A stretch of 64,000 nt of DNA from a cyanobacterium endosymbiont of Rhopalodia gibba (GTDB lineage: Bacteria; Cyanobacteriota; Cyanobacteriia; Cyanobacteriales; Microcystaceae): positions 1,120,001 through 1,184,000 of the forward strand of contig CP067995.1 of NCBI GenBank assembly GCA_045159875.1, read 5' to 3'. A program made the position numbers and the translations under genes. Under the pieces are notes generated by a model. That model was not told where the DNA came from, did no database searches, and saw only the letters and a program-made list of their open reading frames with translations. Positions 47,900 through 60,262 of the stretch are shown here, one piece after another (position 1 is the first letter of the stretch; each line of letters starts with the position of its first letter).

Positions 47900-49100
47900 T
47901 TCAACCAGGTTAACAGTCAATATAAGAGTGGCTATCATGTTTCAAAATCTAGAAGTCATAGAACTGAGTTAACGATGTTAAGCTTGTTGAAGAAGTTTTT
48001 AAAATCCTCAATTACTTCAATTAGATTTGAATTTAATCAATCTAAAGAAATGCTGATTTTAGTAGAGCTAATCTCCCAATAAAAATTTTACAAAAGTTTT
48101 TTAACCTAAAATCTTAAAAAAAGAAAAGAGAAAATTAACTATAAAACTCTTATTAAGATAAAAAATGTTGAATTTAATTTAATTTTAAGAATTATTTTTT
48201 AAAGTTACTTGTTTAAGTAAAAGCTAATCTAACTAAAACATACAAAATATTCAGTATTTTAGTCAAACTAAGCTTAAACATTAATTTAATTAGATTCAAG
48301 TAGTAATCATAAAAATTAAAAACAACAAATTAAATTAATTAAATCTATCAAAGAAGTTACTCAGTTTTTTTTGTGGCTAAAGTAAAAGCAATTAATATTA
48401 AGCAGTTATTAATATTTTTAGTTATGTCAGTAATCTAAGTGATCTAAGTGATTATTTTTTTTAGATAAAAATATTGTATTTATAATTTAGTTGCGAATTT
48501 TATTAATTTACTCATTAAAATTATGGACTTATAAGATAAGGCTAAATTATCTTGTTATAGAGAATCTTAGGGGATGGGCATAAAGATAATTTATTTGCAT
48601 TAAAACTCGTCATCAAAACATCATAAAATTGTTATTTTCTTGAACAGCTATTTAGTAACAAAAATAGTATTTTCGAGGCAGCTCAACGGCTTCTTTTACC
48701 ATTTGTAAATAAAAAAGAGTTTCATAGGTAAAATATTATTGTCAGACAATCACCCCAGGAGAAGAACAAAAACTCTTTTATCGGGTAAACTATAAGAAGA
48801 GCAACACGATTATAACCAGCAGTGTTAGCAACCTAAATTAACAACATCCAGTCCCCACTGCTCAAAAACTGTCCGTGTAAAAATCGTGTTGATATTAACG
48901 TCTCCGTATCTAGCATCTAAAATAATGAGGATATCTTGGGGAACATTGGCGATGACTTTAACTAATGCTGATAAATCTGATACCTCTAATCTTTCATAAA
49001 ATCCGAGATTCAGTTTATAGTTATGTACTAAGCTAAAGCTTTTAAAGCTAGTTGATTTTAGTTAATCTGCGTAATTGTTTAATAGATACCTTATTAGTAA
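47900..49100 (-). pseudogene. Bifunctional OMP decarboxylase/orotate phosphoribosyltransferase pseudogene
   Basis: YKLNLGFYERL...PQDILIILDARYGDVNINTIFTRTVFEQWGLD and PDKRVFVL are clear for the PyrF half (about 48560-49030). The PyrE half is heavily eroded. Confidence 0.75.
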
Positions 49101-50130
49101 ATCTATATTTTTAGAATCAAATGTTATTTTTAAGTCCAGTGTAAGTCTCACACTCAGTTAATTTTGATATTTAGCAATTACTTAGTTCAATTTCTAAAAA
49201 ATATCATGATTAGCTTGAAGTATAGATAGTAATCAATAAGAAGGTGAGGAAATCTTTTGAATAAGGCTCAATTATTTTTACAGCTTAATTTAAATTAGAA
49301 AAATTTAAATTAATAATATTTCCCTTACTTATATCATTTGTTGTGTTTTCCATTACATATTTATATTTAAAGAAAATAATTATAAACTCTTAGAAATTAA
49401 ATTAGAATTAAAAGTATTGCGTTATTAATCTAAAATACTAGATCATATAGTATGATGGTAGAAGCTAAAACTTCCTTTTGATAAGCTTTTAGTTTATTTT
49501 TGAAAGCTGAGTTTAACGAGTCTTTTTAAGACTATTTAATATATTAATTGAACATATTTAAATAATATCTAATATGTAGAGTAAAGACTGTAATAAGCTT
49601 TTAGTTTTTTTTTGAAAAAAGGAATATTAAATCTTTACTAGATTCATCACAGTTTACCCCCATGGGTTGAATTAAACCTTGAATGGTCAATTCTATAACT
49701 GTTTATATTTATATCTTCTTTTCCATTTTATCGTTAGTCACCTAAAATCAATAACTATTATTTCGAGAATCTTTACTTTCGGAATAAAAATTTATAGATA
49801 ATATTTCTTACGGTGGAGTGAGTTATAATGCGTGGGTTCGAGCTTAGGAGTTAGGCATTATTATTTGTTCAACGATAGGATCAAGTTGTTGTACTATGAT
49901 GCTTTTTGGAAGTTTTTCATAGATTTCCTTGAGTTGGACTCAGCTTATTAAGCAACTTGTCATCTTCATAATGGTATAGAAAACTCCACCCTCAATATTT
50001 TGAGACAGCCTAGGCTAGATATACTAGTTTAAAATGAAAAGTAACATCTTCCTCACCAGTTGCGCAGGCGTACAGTGTGGGTTTCTTAATTTTCACTATT
50101 GGGCATTCCTATTAAGCAAATCTTACAGAT

Positions 50131-51156
50131 ATGGACTTAATTACCCTACAAAATTTCCTTGACAATACTTCATTTTTAATATTGTTCTTCACCATGCTCA
50201 TTTATTGGACAGGGGCAGCCTTTCAAGAGGTTTCTGTTTTACCTACTTTGGGAGCAACAGGGATAACAATGGCTAATCTGTCAATGGCTGCATTATTAGC
50301 AGCCCGTTGGATCGAAGGAGGTTATTTTCCGTTAAGCAACCTCTATGAATCTTTATTTTTCCTTGCTTGGGGCATAACAACTGTTCATCTGATGGCTGAG
50401 AAAATGAGTCGTAGTGGGTTAGTCGGGGTGGTAACAACCCCTGTAACGATGGCCATTACTGCCTTTGCTACGTTATCTTTACCAGCAGATATGCAGACTT
50501 CAGCTCCTTTAGTTCCTGCCCTTAAGTCTAACTGGTTAATGATGCACGTTAGCGTTATGATGCTCAGTTATGCTACTTTGATGGTCGGTTCAGTGCTGGC
50601 GATCACTTTTTTAATAGTCACCTGTGGACAAGATGTAGAATTACGGGGAAGTTCAGTCGGGACAGGGAGTTATCGCCATAAGCTAAACCGTCTACAACTT
50701 TCCAAAATTGATAATAACGGAAAAGTTCCTGTGACGACAATGGCTGACCAAAATGGTAGTGAAAAAACAGCAATTCTTGATCGCGTAGACTCTCAGGCTT
50801 TAGCGGCTGATCTACATCTTTTATCCCTCCAAAAGCTAAGTCTAGCTGATGTCCTAGATAACATTAGTTATCGTATCATTGGGTTAGGTTTCCCGTTACT
50901 TACTATTGGTATTATTGCGGGGGCAGTTTGGGCTAATGAGGTTTGGGGATCATATTGGAGTTGGGACCCTAAAGAAACTTGGGCGTTAATTACCTGGTTA
51001 GTGTTTGCTGCTTATCTTCATTCTCGCATTACTCGCGGTTGGCAAGGGCGCAAGCCCGCTGTTTTAGCAGCTAGTGGTTTTATTGTAGTCTGGGTTTGCT
51101 ATTTAGGAGTTAATTTATTAGGCAAGGGTTTACATTCCTATGGTTGGTTCTTTTGA
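50131..51156 (+). CDS. ccsA: System II cytochrome c biogenesis protein CcsA (WWD domain)
   Basis: [28 protein letters not shown] and GLHSYG. Confidence 0.96.
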   Translation: MDLITLQNFLDNTSFLILFFTMLIYWTGAAFQEVSVLPTLGATGITMANLSMAALLAARWIEGGYFPLSNLYESLFFLAWGITTVHLMAEKMSRSGLVGVVTTPVTMAITAFATLSLPADMQTSAPLVPALKSNWLMMHVSVMMLSYATLMVGSVLAITFLIVTCGQDVELRGSSVGTGSYRHKLNRLQLSKIDNNGKVPVTTMADQNGSEKTAILDRVDSQALAADLHLLSLQKLSLADVLDNISYRIIGLGFPLLTIGIIAGAVWANEVWGSYWSWDPKETWALITWLVFAAYLHSRITRGWQGRKPAVLAASGFIVVWVCYLGVNLLGKGLHSYGWFF

Positions 51157-51379
51157 TAAACAGTAAAGAGTGAATTTTCAGGCAGTTAATCATCTTAATT
51201 GTATGATTTAGTTATTCATTTCAATCATTTTAAAAATGAGGGACTCTGAGGTGCCATGACTTTACAAGTATTTAAGTTGAGTCCGAACGATGACGACTAC
51301 CGGTACTTATAATTTATTTAGTCTTAGTCGTAAATAAGACCTCCTTAGGTTGTAGCTGACGCAATATATTAAGCTTAAT

Positions 51380-51560
51380 TTCTAATGTCAGGGGTAAATC
51401 AGAGATATAAATAATCAGTAAGTTGAAGTTTAAGCAGATGGATTAGAGAAAGACTCTCTTTAATTAGAGCAGAACAACTTGAATTTTGTAGAACAATTAC
51501 TAAGACAAGATAACAATGCTTCTCTATAAGAACTAAGTACTTGTTTACTCATTAAAAACT
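51380..51560 (+). mobile_element. Possible IS630 orfA remnant
   Basis: LIRAEQLEF/EQLLRQDNNASL*EL resembles the IS630 HTH-linker region. Confidence 0.4.
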
Positions 51561-52743
51561 ATTGGTAGAGAATTAAAAAATATTTACCAACTCGAGAATC
51601 CTAGAACTTTAGAGATCTCAATCAAGTGATTGATTGATTAACAGATGAAAATATAATCGCTAGTTTACATACTGCTATTATTATTAGCTACTTAATTTTA
51701 GAAAGCTATTAGTTAAGCCGAACCTACAGACATGTTTTTTAATCCATTGTATAGCAATCATAAAGGGGCATGTAGTAGGAGTTAGACCTTAACAGGTAAA
51801 GCGTTTAAAAAGAGACTACGATAGTAGTTAATCGCTAAAAATAAAGAGTAGAGAACTGATAAAACAGAAAAATTGATAAAAACAACAAATAGTTATTGGA
51901 ACTATTACAAAAAAATCAGCAGACAAGTGTTATTTGGTCTTTGTATTTAATTGCTAATTTTTAATATTTATGAGATGATTGTTTATCTAAAATATTTGGC
52001 GACTTATCTTATAAACAAAAAATAAGTTTGATGATAGGAATAAAAAAAATGAGGATTTTCAAAAAAAAGGAGTAACAGTCCTTTAAAAGGATAGAGGAGA
52101 ATGGGATAGTTTTTCATTGAAAATAACTATTGATATTTTTTTGAAAAAACGATATCATTACGATATAAAATTTTATTTTGCTAAGATAATAAAATCTTAA
52201 ATGAAGTTAATGAAAGTCTATTTTTTGTGCTTTAAAACATTAATTACGTTACTTAGTATTTCTATTAATATAGAATTTTAAAATAATTAGGTTTAATCAA
52301 TAAAATTGTGCTTAAAAATAAGGTATTTAGAATGAATTTAATTAAGTTAGATTTAATGAAAACTAAAGAGTAAATTAGTAATTGGTATTAAACCCAAAGA
52401 AAATTAGAGCTTGAATTTAATAGTGATTTTACTTAAAAGCATTTGAAATAAAATTTAGTCCTCTTATTAGTCTTAGTGTATTTAAGGTATTTGGTGATTA
52501 TTGAGTGATCTTGAGTTAGTTCAAATACATAGCGATTGCTTTACTCATTTAAGACAATACATATTTATTGTAATTTGTCAGTGCTTAACTGCTATAAGTA
52601 TAACAATCATTAACGAATTACTAATGAGCTAGATTCAACCAGTCCAACCTAGATAGAGGATTTTACCCAAAAATTGGGTTAGAATTTTAAACAGGACATT
52701 GCAACAATATACACCTACACAAAATGTTTTTAGAGAGGAGCGT

Positions 52744-54219
52744 ATGGACATTCGTGGGATAAAAACACCACTATTGAATTGGACTGGAGATGCCTTAGCG
52801 TTGGGTCTCTTTGAAGATGCTATGGAATTAACAGAGACCTTAGAGAAATTAGATGAGAAATTAAGCGGAACTTTACGAGAATTAATTACAGAAACAGAAT
52901 TCGAAGGAAAATCTAGTAATAATGCAGTGACTCGTATTGGTAGTGGTAGTCCTGTTCGAAAGATAATCTTAGTGGGATTAGGAAAAACAGAAGATTTAAC
53001 CTTAGATACCGTTAGATTGGGGGCTGCAACCATTGCCCGTCTTGCTAAAAAAGCTAATGTTAAAACTCTGGGTATTAACCTTCCGGTGGTTAATGATGAT
53101 GCAGCAATTACAGTTAGTGCGATTACGCAAGGAATCATATTACCCCTGCATCAAGATAACCGTTTTAAGTCCGAACCAGAAAAAAATGAACTTAAACTTG
53201 AAAAAGTAGAGATTTTAGGCTGCGGGGAACAGCAAGAAGCCATAAATCAAGCACAGAACCTTTGTTCCGGGGTTATCCTAGCACGGGAATTAGTGGCTGC
53301 CCCCGCTAACAGTCTCACCCCTGTTACTTTTGCTGAAATTGCCCAAACTATTGCCAAGGACCACGGACTTGATATTAAAATTTTAGAGCGTGAAGAGTGC
53401 GAAAATTTAGGGATGGGAGCCTTTTTAGGGGTTGCCCAAGCCTCTGATTATCCTCCGAAATTCATTCACTTAACCTATAATCCGTCCAAGACTCCTCAGA
53501 AAAAACTGGCTATTGTCGGTAAAAGCCTAACCTTTGATTCTGGAGGACTTAACCTTAAAGGATCAGGGAGTGGTATTGAAACCATGAAAATGGACATGGG
53601 GGGTGGGGCAGCCACCCTAGGAGCGGCCAAAGTAATCGGTCAATTAAAACCTGATGTGGAAGTTCATTTTATCTGTGCGGTAACCGAAAATATGATTAGT
53701 GGTCGCGCTATGCACCCTGGAGATATCCTAACCGCTTCTAATGGGAAAACCATCGAGGTGAATAATACTGATGCAGAAGGACGATTAACTCTGGCAGATG
53801 CTTTGGTATTTGCTGAAAAATTAGGTGTGGATGCGATTGTTGATTTAGCAACCTTGACAGGGGCTTGTGTTGTAGCGTTAGGGGACAATATTTCAGGGCT
53901 ATGGAGTACTGATGAAACTTTAGCTACTCAAATCAAGAAAGCTGGAGCCATGGCAGGGGAAAAAGTCTGGGAAATGCCCCTAGAAGAAAAGTATTTTGAG
54001 GGGTTGAAATCTCTCATTGCAGACATGAAAAATACAGGACCTCATGCTGGTGGAGCAATCACCGCAGCCTTGTTCCTTAAACAGTTTATTAAGGAAACTC
54101 CTTGGGCACATCTTGATATAGCAGGACCTGTTTGGCTAGATAAAGAAGATGGAATCAATAATTCTGGGGCGACTGGGTTTCCAGTACAAACTCTAGTTCA
54201 TTGGGTCTTAAATCAGTAG
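52744..54219 (+). CDS. pepA: Leucyl aminopeptidase
   Basis: [27 protein letters not shown] and WAHLDIAG. Confidence 0.97.
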   Translation: MDIRGIKTPLLNWTGDALALGLFEDAMELTETLEKLDEKLSGTLRELITETEFEGKSSNNAVTRIGSGSPVRKIILVGLGKTEDLTLDTVRLGAATIARLAKKANVKTLGINLPVVNDDAAITVSAITQGIILPLHQDNRFKSEPEKNELKLEKVEILGCGEQQEAINQAQNLCSGVILARELVAAPANSLTPVTFAEIAQTIAKDHGLDIKILEREECENLGMGAFLGVAQASDYPPKFIHLTYNPSKTPQKKLAIVGKSLTFDSGGLNLKGSGSGIETMKMDMGGGAATLGAAKVIGQLKPDVEVHFICAVTENMISGRAMHPGDILTASNGKTIEVNNTDAEGRLTLADALVFAEKLGVDAIVDLATLTGACVVALGDNISGLWSTDETLATQIKKAGAMAGEKVWEMPLEEKYFEGLKSLIADMKNTGPHAGGAITAALFLKQFIKETPWAHLDIAGPVWLDKEDGINNSGATGFPVQTLVHWVLNQ

Positions 54220-54241
54220 AAAATCAGCCAAACAAACTATT

Positions 54242-54261
54242 AAGTCCCGCTGCAGGGACTT
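54242..54261 (+). terminator. Probable intrinsic terminator of pepA
   Basis: aagtccc-gctgca-gggactt followed by a T/A run. Confidence 0.55.
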
Positions 54262-54299
54262 TATAAATAACTAGACGATCTTTAAAAAGGTTTGCTACT

Positions 54300-54670
54300 A
54301 AATAAACTTTTTTTAGGTTTGCTCAGGCTAGGTTAGCATTGTGTAAGTTAGCATACGTCAGGTCTGCCTTATTTAAGTTAACCCCTGTCAGGTTTACACC
54401 TGTAAAATTCACACTAATCCTGTCAAGTTTATCCCTACTAGATTATAGTGACACATGTCAAAATCTTTTAGGTTAGCTTGGGCTAAATAAGCTACGTTCA
54501 AATCTATTTTCTTCCAAAAAGCACCATTCAAGTCAACATGGGTAAGATTAATTCTTTGTAAATTTAGTCCCGCTAAGTAAACTTAATTTAAGATATCGTG
54601 AATTTGTCAGATTGCGAATAATGTTCTCACTTTTATAGTTTTTCCCTCCTTGCATATTTATAGGTTTCAT
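54300..54670 (-). pseudogene. Pentapeptide-repeat protein pseudogene
   Basis: Period-5 repeats such as LAGLNLQRINLTHVDLNGAF and ADLTYANLHNANL, with frameshifts. Confidence 0.75.
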
Positions 54671-54899
54671 TTTCTCTTAAATTAATAACAAAGGAAAATT
54701 TTTTCGGATAACACTTAAGTCTAATTTCAATTAGAATCTAACTATTTAGATGATTTAATTCTAAATTAATTCGATTTAAAAGGAGTTTAACAAAACTCAT
54801 CTAGTTTACGAGGTTGAGCTAATAAGACTTTATGTTTCTACCAGTATAAGTTTATAAAAAAATCTCGATTTTCTTATAAAAAAGTAATGATAGTATGGG

Positions 54900-56596
54900 A
54901 AAAAATAATTGTTATTTGTCCATTTCTTTAGACAAAGTGAATCATATTAACTTACAGTGTGTTGATCGTTTGACTATGGCTTATCCTATTGAAGGAATAG
55001 TGCCATTTTTAGACCTCAAAATAATTAAATTAGGACAAAGAATTCCGGCTCATTTTAAGTTAAGGGGCAAGCCACCAGTTAAAAAATAGATTTCAAGAAA
55101 AGCATTCACCACTAGTTGGTTCAGAAACCAGTGTTGACATATTTACATATACCCGACGACCCACATAACGTTAATACATTCCTAAGGCACAGTCAAGTTT
55201 ATGGGCAGGACTTCTTCCTTCAATTAAACTCGCAATGGTGATCGCCCCTGTATTGACGATGGCATTGTAAGAGCGTTTAGAATTTTTTTTACCTGAATAA
55301 TAGAATTGTAAGCATCTCCCGTGGGCTCCACATCCACTTTTGTTAAAATACGTTGTCTTCCATGATCTTCTAAGTCCATATCATAGACAAAACTTTAGAA
55401 ATCGGTTGAATTAAAAAGGGTTTTTTCCAATCACCCACTATATAAACTTGCCCATCAACTATTGCTAAACAAATCGCAAACTAATCAGCATCAATCTCAA
55501 ATAAATTGGGTTCACTTACATAAATTCTACCTTGACTTAACGGCAAACATTTTTCATAGATACTTTATAAAAAAGGATATAGGGATAGTTTATGAAGTAA
55601 GAAAATAAATAAAGATTTCTGTTTTCTATCTAATGAGCTTTCAGGACTAGCAGTGTTAAAATTATTTAGCTGAAAGCTCTTCGAAAATTTTCACCCCTCG
55701 TACACTTTTGTTATGTTCTCCAAGAGGAGGAGAAAAGGCAGCAATAATAGCTCCTGATAATCCACTTTTGGCTGGCAAACCTACTTTATAAGCCCATTGT
55801 CCCAAAAATTCATAAAAGCCACTAGTAAACATCACACTCATTAGATGCTTAGTGTACTTTCCATCAAGAGCTTGTTCTCCTGTAATAGTATTAAGCCCCG
55901 CATTAGCTAACGTGGCAGACATCAAGACTAAATCCTGACAATTAACCATTACAGAACATTGTTGAAAATCAAGATCTAAAACTTCTTCAATATTACCGTC
56001 AATAAGTACAAAATTAAGCATTATATAGACAATAACTCGATTCAAATTATCTTGAGTTTTTTCCAAGAAAATTGATTGATTAACTTACTTCTACTTCTCG
56101 TCTAAAATACCCTTAAAACATTTCAAAGAAACGTTGCTGTCGTTCAAGTAACGTATCTCCTTTTACTAAAACTAGTGGTGACGATTGCGCCAGCATTCAC
56201 CATCGGATTGTATTTACGTTCCTGAATTTCTTGGAGATCGATAATGTCATTAAAAGATTTTCTTGTGAGTTCAACCCCAATTTTATTCAGAACATATTCC
56301 TATACTCAATCTTCTAAGACTATTCCATAAACTAATGGTTTAGCGATCAATTGAATCACAAAGGGGACTTCTGTATCGCCAGCACCATCAATTCGTCCCT
56401 TAGTAGTCAAAATACTAATCTCCAATAGATTGGGATCAATTTATGCTAACTCCCAAATGTAGTTGGCATTTTATCCATTTTTTTCAGGTAAATAACGATC
56501 ATATAAATTTTTGAGAAAAGCCGAGACTGACCCCTTAACCCCTAGTTTGTCAGTGGCTGAGATTGGCTAGGTCTCTGGGTTACTAATGTCTAGCAT
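54900..56596 (-). pseudogene. glsA: Glutaminase pseudogene with two tandem glutaminase domains
   Basis: Domain 1: ANYIWELA*ID, PFVIQLIAKPLVYG, NPMVNAGAI and VGLPAKSGLSG. Domain 2: FLIQPISK, VDVEPTGDAYNSI and AIVNTGAI. Confidence 0.88.
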
Positions 56597-56776
56597 ATAT
56601 AAATAATCCCCTAATTATCATTATGTTGACCACAGTTTGCTTATCTTTATAAAGATATGAATTAATGAAAAAGATGTTAGACACGGGTAAGCTACTAAAG
56701 AGTTAAGAACTCTCAAGCTATGTATTACCCTTCATCACTGTTGATCAGGAAAAATCTATAAAATCAGCGCAGTTAC

Positions 56777-57585
56777 ATGGATTTAAAACTTATACACAAG
56801 CTGTCCAAGAGGAAAAATACGATCTGTATATTGGTAATCTATTTGGCAAATATGATAATGTCCGTATCTATTGGGAAGATCAATTAACCCGAATTGTACT
56901 ACGCCCTTTTTTGAGTGACTTAGTAGACAATCAACGTAAGAATAATCAAGGTATTAGAATTGTTGACTTAGACTGTGGTGTCGGTCAAGGCTATAATATT
57001 TTAACCAAAATTGATCGTCAAAATCTAGACTTAAGTCTACAACATAAGCGAATTTTACCTAGTGATGACCTATTCCTTTTTTTAGGGCTAGATATTGTAT
57101 TGGCCAAGCCATGGTAGAAAAAGGACAGGTTTTGTTTGCCGAATATCCTCACGTCTGATTCAAACAAGCTGACCTAAGTGAAGGACTCGGTGATCTAAAA
57201 ATAACTAAATCCTTTCGAGCTATATTTTTCGTCCTACGGCTCGTTGTCTCACTTAGCCCGAAAGGATTTAGTTAATTCATTACAAGATATTTGTCATCAT
57301 GGTAGGCATGGTAGTTTAGTTGTAATGGACTTAATTGGAAAATATTTGTCTCATAATTGTTTTCTTCCTGAACTTCAAGGATGGGATGGGTTTCCCGAAC
57401 CCTTGCAATTTGGCTTAATGACTATGGCTCTGGTTATCTCAGACGTTGGTTGGATGTGGTATTGTACTCCTCGAGCTAATATTATCGAACTCCAATTAGG
57501 GTATGCTCTTAGCACTTTAGAATATGAAATGCAACAAGGATGGAGTTGTGGTCATGGTTTGATTGCGGTCCTTAGAATTGGTTAG
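56777..57585 (+). pseudogene. Class I SAM methyltransferase pseudogene
   Basis: FGKYDNVRIYWED, IRIVDLDCGVGQGY and FSSYGSLSHL, split by frameshifts and a stop. Confidence 0.75.
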
Positions 57586-57653
57586 TTCATAGATAAAAGT
57601 AGGGCTTAATGAATTATATTAAGCTCTACTTTAAACGGTTGATTCTTTAGAAA

Positions 57654-58631
57654 TTAGCGGACAGGCATTGTATATTTGAAGTCCGTTGATCCTTCATATC
57701 CAGAAACTTCAGCTAACTTTTTAGGAAGTTGGGTTCCTCGGAGAACTTGTCCTTTAATCTCCCAGGTGGGATAAGACTTAATCCCAACCGCAACGCAGGC
57801 CTGTGGATCAGAATTTTTCCCATCAGGGGAACATTCTATGTAATCAATTTCTTGAAAGGCTTCTTTGCCAAATAATTGCTTTTGTTCAAAACAGTGGGGA
57901 CACCAAAACGTTCCATATTCTTTCGCCCCGATTGCCGTGAGATGTTTGGCCAAGGCAATTTCCGCTTCCCCTGATGTGGTGGTAATATTCCATCCATTGG
58001 GGGGTTGGGGTTGAGTGTTTGGCACTGGAATGGGAGTACGACCGTCGGCGGTAGAGCCATTGACACCGGCATAGACTCCCAGAGTTCCTACAAGGGTAAT
58101 CATAGCTACTATTATAGGAATAAAAAAAATTTGACTAGTTTCCTCCCATTCTCGCCCAAAAACAGTAAATACCATCAAAGATAAAGAAAATATTGCTGAA
58201 CCAATGCAGTAATAACACAGAGTTTGCAGTTCCGTCGCTAGAATATACATTAAATAGCCACTAAAGATGGCCATTGAAGTTCCCGCAGCCAACAAAAGTA
58301 ACCAAGTCCAATCTTCAAGCTGTTTTCTAAGACGTTTATTATTATCAAGTTTGACAAATAGAGGTCCTAGAGAAAAGGTTACCATGCTAATATACGCCAG
58401 AAATCCAAATAAACTGAGAGGTAAACCAAACACTGTGGCATAAGGACTATCCAGGACATTTTTACAACTTGTTGCTCCAGTTTTAGCAGCTTCTACTCCG
58501 CAAGAAACCTCTCCTCCCATCAGTTTAGTAATGGTTAAATAGGCAGTCAAAATAGCCCCAGCAACAGCGATCACTCCAATAATAGGACGTGACCAGCGAT
58601 AGATCCAAGGTGTAGAACGTCGGCGACTCAT
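57654..58631 (-). CDS. VKOR-thioredoxin fusion disulfide catalyst (SynDsbAB/LTO1-type)
   Basis: VKOR cysteines (SC..., CKNVLDSPYA, CYYC) and a Trx domain with WCPHC...YIEC...SYPTW. Confidence 0.93.
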   Translation of the reverse strand: MSRRRSTPWIYRWSRPIIGVIAVAGAILTAYLTITKLMGGEVSCGVEAAKTGATSCKNVLDSPYATVFGLPLSLFGFLAYISMVTFSLGPLFVKLDNNKRLRKQLEDWTWLLLLAAGTSMAIFSGYLMYILATELQTLCYYCIGSAIFSLSLMVFTVFGREWEETSQIFFIPIIVAMITLVGTLGVYAGVNGSTADGRTPIPVPNTQPQPPNGWNITTTSGEAEIALAKHLTAIGAKEYGTFWCPHCFEQKQLFGKEAFQEIDYIECSPDGKNSDPQACVAVGIKSYPTWEIKGQVLRGTQLPKKLAEVSGYEGSTDFKYTMPVR

Positions 58632-58636
58632 AGTAG

Positions 58637-58680
58637 GGTATTGTTAAAATTCAGTCTGTACCAGTGATTTTAACAATACC
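58637..58680. repeat. Inverted repeat (14-bp arms) filling the btpA-VKOR intergenic gap
   Basis: ggtattgttaaaat...attttaacaatacc. Confidence 0.8.
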
Positions 58681-59529
58681 CTATAGAGTCAATTTTAAAG
58701 AAGGCTGAGATTGTGACCTTTCTTTAGATACGTTGACTTGTTGTGCAGCTTCTACAAATTGGGCAACCCGAATAGGATCGATCGATTCTCTAATCCTACC
58801 GTTACGTTTTAGGGAACTAGCTACAATTACGCCATCAGCGACTTGCATTAATTTTCCAATATTGTCCCAATTTGCCCCGCTGCCGATAAAAACAGGGGTT
58901 CCTTGGGCAGCGGCTGAAGCTAATTTTAAGTCTTCAAGACTAGGAGGAAGTCCTGTTGCCCATCCTGATAAGATTATTCCGTCGGCTAACCCTCTTTCGA
59001 GAGTATCTTCAACGGCGGTAGTTAGATTTTGGATTCCTAGGTAACAGGCATTTTTAACCAAGACATCGGCTAAAATTGCAACATCAGCCCCTAATTCCCG
59101 TCGATAACGAAGTAATTTATGGGCATTGCCTTCAATTAATCCTTGATCGGTTGCCATAATTCCCGTGAGGACATTGACCCGAATGAATTTGGCGTTAATG
59201 ATGGAAGCGATTGCCATTGCCCCGATAGCGTCATTACGTAGGAGGTTAATCCCGACAGGAACGACTACTAAATTTTTAATGCGATCAACGATCAAGGTCA
59301 TGGCACTGATAATAGCCGGATCAACTTGGTCTTTTGTAAAAGGAGCATCGAAAAAATTTTCGATGATAATACCATCTACTCCCCCTGCGACAAGGGCAGT
59401 TGCTTCTTGTTCAGCCCGTTCGAGCACTGAGGTCAAACTACCTCCCCAACGGGCGGAAGTGGGAAGGGGTAATAGGTGAACGACACCAATAACCGGATAT
59501 GTTTTTTTGAAAATTTGAGTCAAGTCCAC
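58681..59529 (-). CDS. btpA: BtpA (SgcQ/BtpA family; PSI biogenesis protein)
   Basis: IGVVHLLPLP, IIENFFDAPF, FIRVNVLTGIMATDQG and VFIGSGA. Confidence 0.93.
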   Translation of the reverse strand: MDLTQIFKKTYPVIGVVHLLPLPTSARWGGSLTSVLERAEQEATALVAGGVDGIIIENFFDAPFTKDQVDPAIISAMTLIVDRIKNLVVVPVGINLLRNDAIGAMAIASIINAKFIRVNVLTGIMATDQGLIEGNAHKLLRYRRELGADVAILADVLVKNACYLGIQNLTTAVEDTLERGLADGIILSGWATGLPPSLEDLKLASAAAQGTPVFIGSGANWDNIGKLMQVADGVIVASSLKRNGRIRESIDPIRVAQFVEAAQQVNVSKERSQSQPSLKLTL

Positions 59530-59849
59530 TGAATCTACCTTGATGGTCGGCTACGGTTAATGCCGTTGCGAAATTGAGATCCGATAACAAATTGTATCGT
59601 AGTTGGGGAACCTCCGCTGAGAGAAGAATGAAGTAAGGGGGTAGACCTTTTGACTTTTGTCTTAGTTATTTGAGATGCGTTGTAAACGTAACGATTTCAC
59701 TGTCGAAACACTTCCAATTCTCCAATACTCTTAGTCCTTAATCTTTTTTTTTAAAAAAATTTTCGGCTAACTTATTTACAATACTTAATTTTGATTTATG
59801 TTGCTTTAGTGAGCCTAACGTTTAATGGGATTAAATTGATCATTTTTCA

Positions 59850-60200
59850 AAGCTGAAGTAACTATGATCAAATCTCAGAAAGTTTCATAGCACAGTTTAC
59901 AGAAAACTGGAGAAGATTAAAAACCACAGAAAAAGATATTGTTTGATTGGTGGTTTCTTGAAAAAAACTATCTCAAGTTGCTGGTCATAGTATGAGAACA
60001 TTTCAGGTCATCGGGAAAATGAGATACCCAACTATTCATCAAGTCCAGAATACGGGTTTGAGGTTTAAGACATTCTCAATATAGGTTAATTAGTTGCTCA
60101 ATAAACTCTTCATCGATATGGATAACAAAGCCATAAAATGTATAAGAATTAGTATTTTTGATAGAAACAAGTCTTCTTTATTGTTCATTTTATAACATTA
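59850..60200 (-). pseudogene. Class I SAM methyltransferase pseudogene
   Basis: FVIHIDEEFIEQLINLY*ECLKPQTRILDLMNSWVSHFP matches a conserved cyanobacterial methyltransferase (FVTHVD...LDMMSSWVSHLP). Confidence 0.8.
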
Positions 60201-60262
60201 TTGGTTATAAGTAAGGATAGATTTTTATTTAAAAAAATTAAAATTTTAAGCTAATTTTTTAT

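Noticed and set aside
55662..57585. ORFs 55662-56066, 56911-57117 and 57244-57585 as genes
   Set aside because: They are fragments of the glutaminase and methyltransferase pseudogenes.
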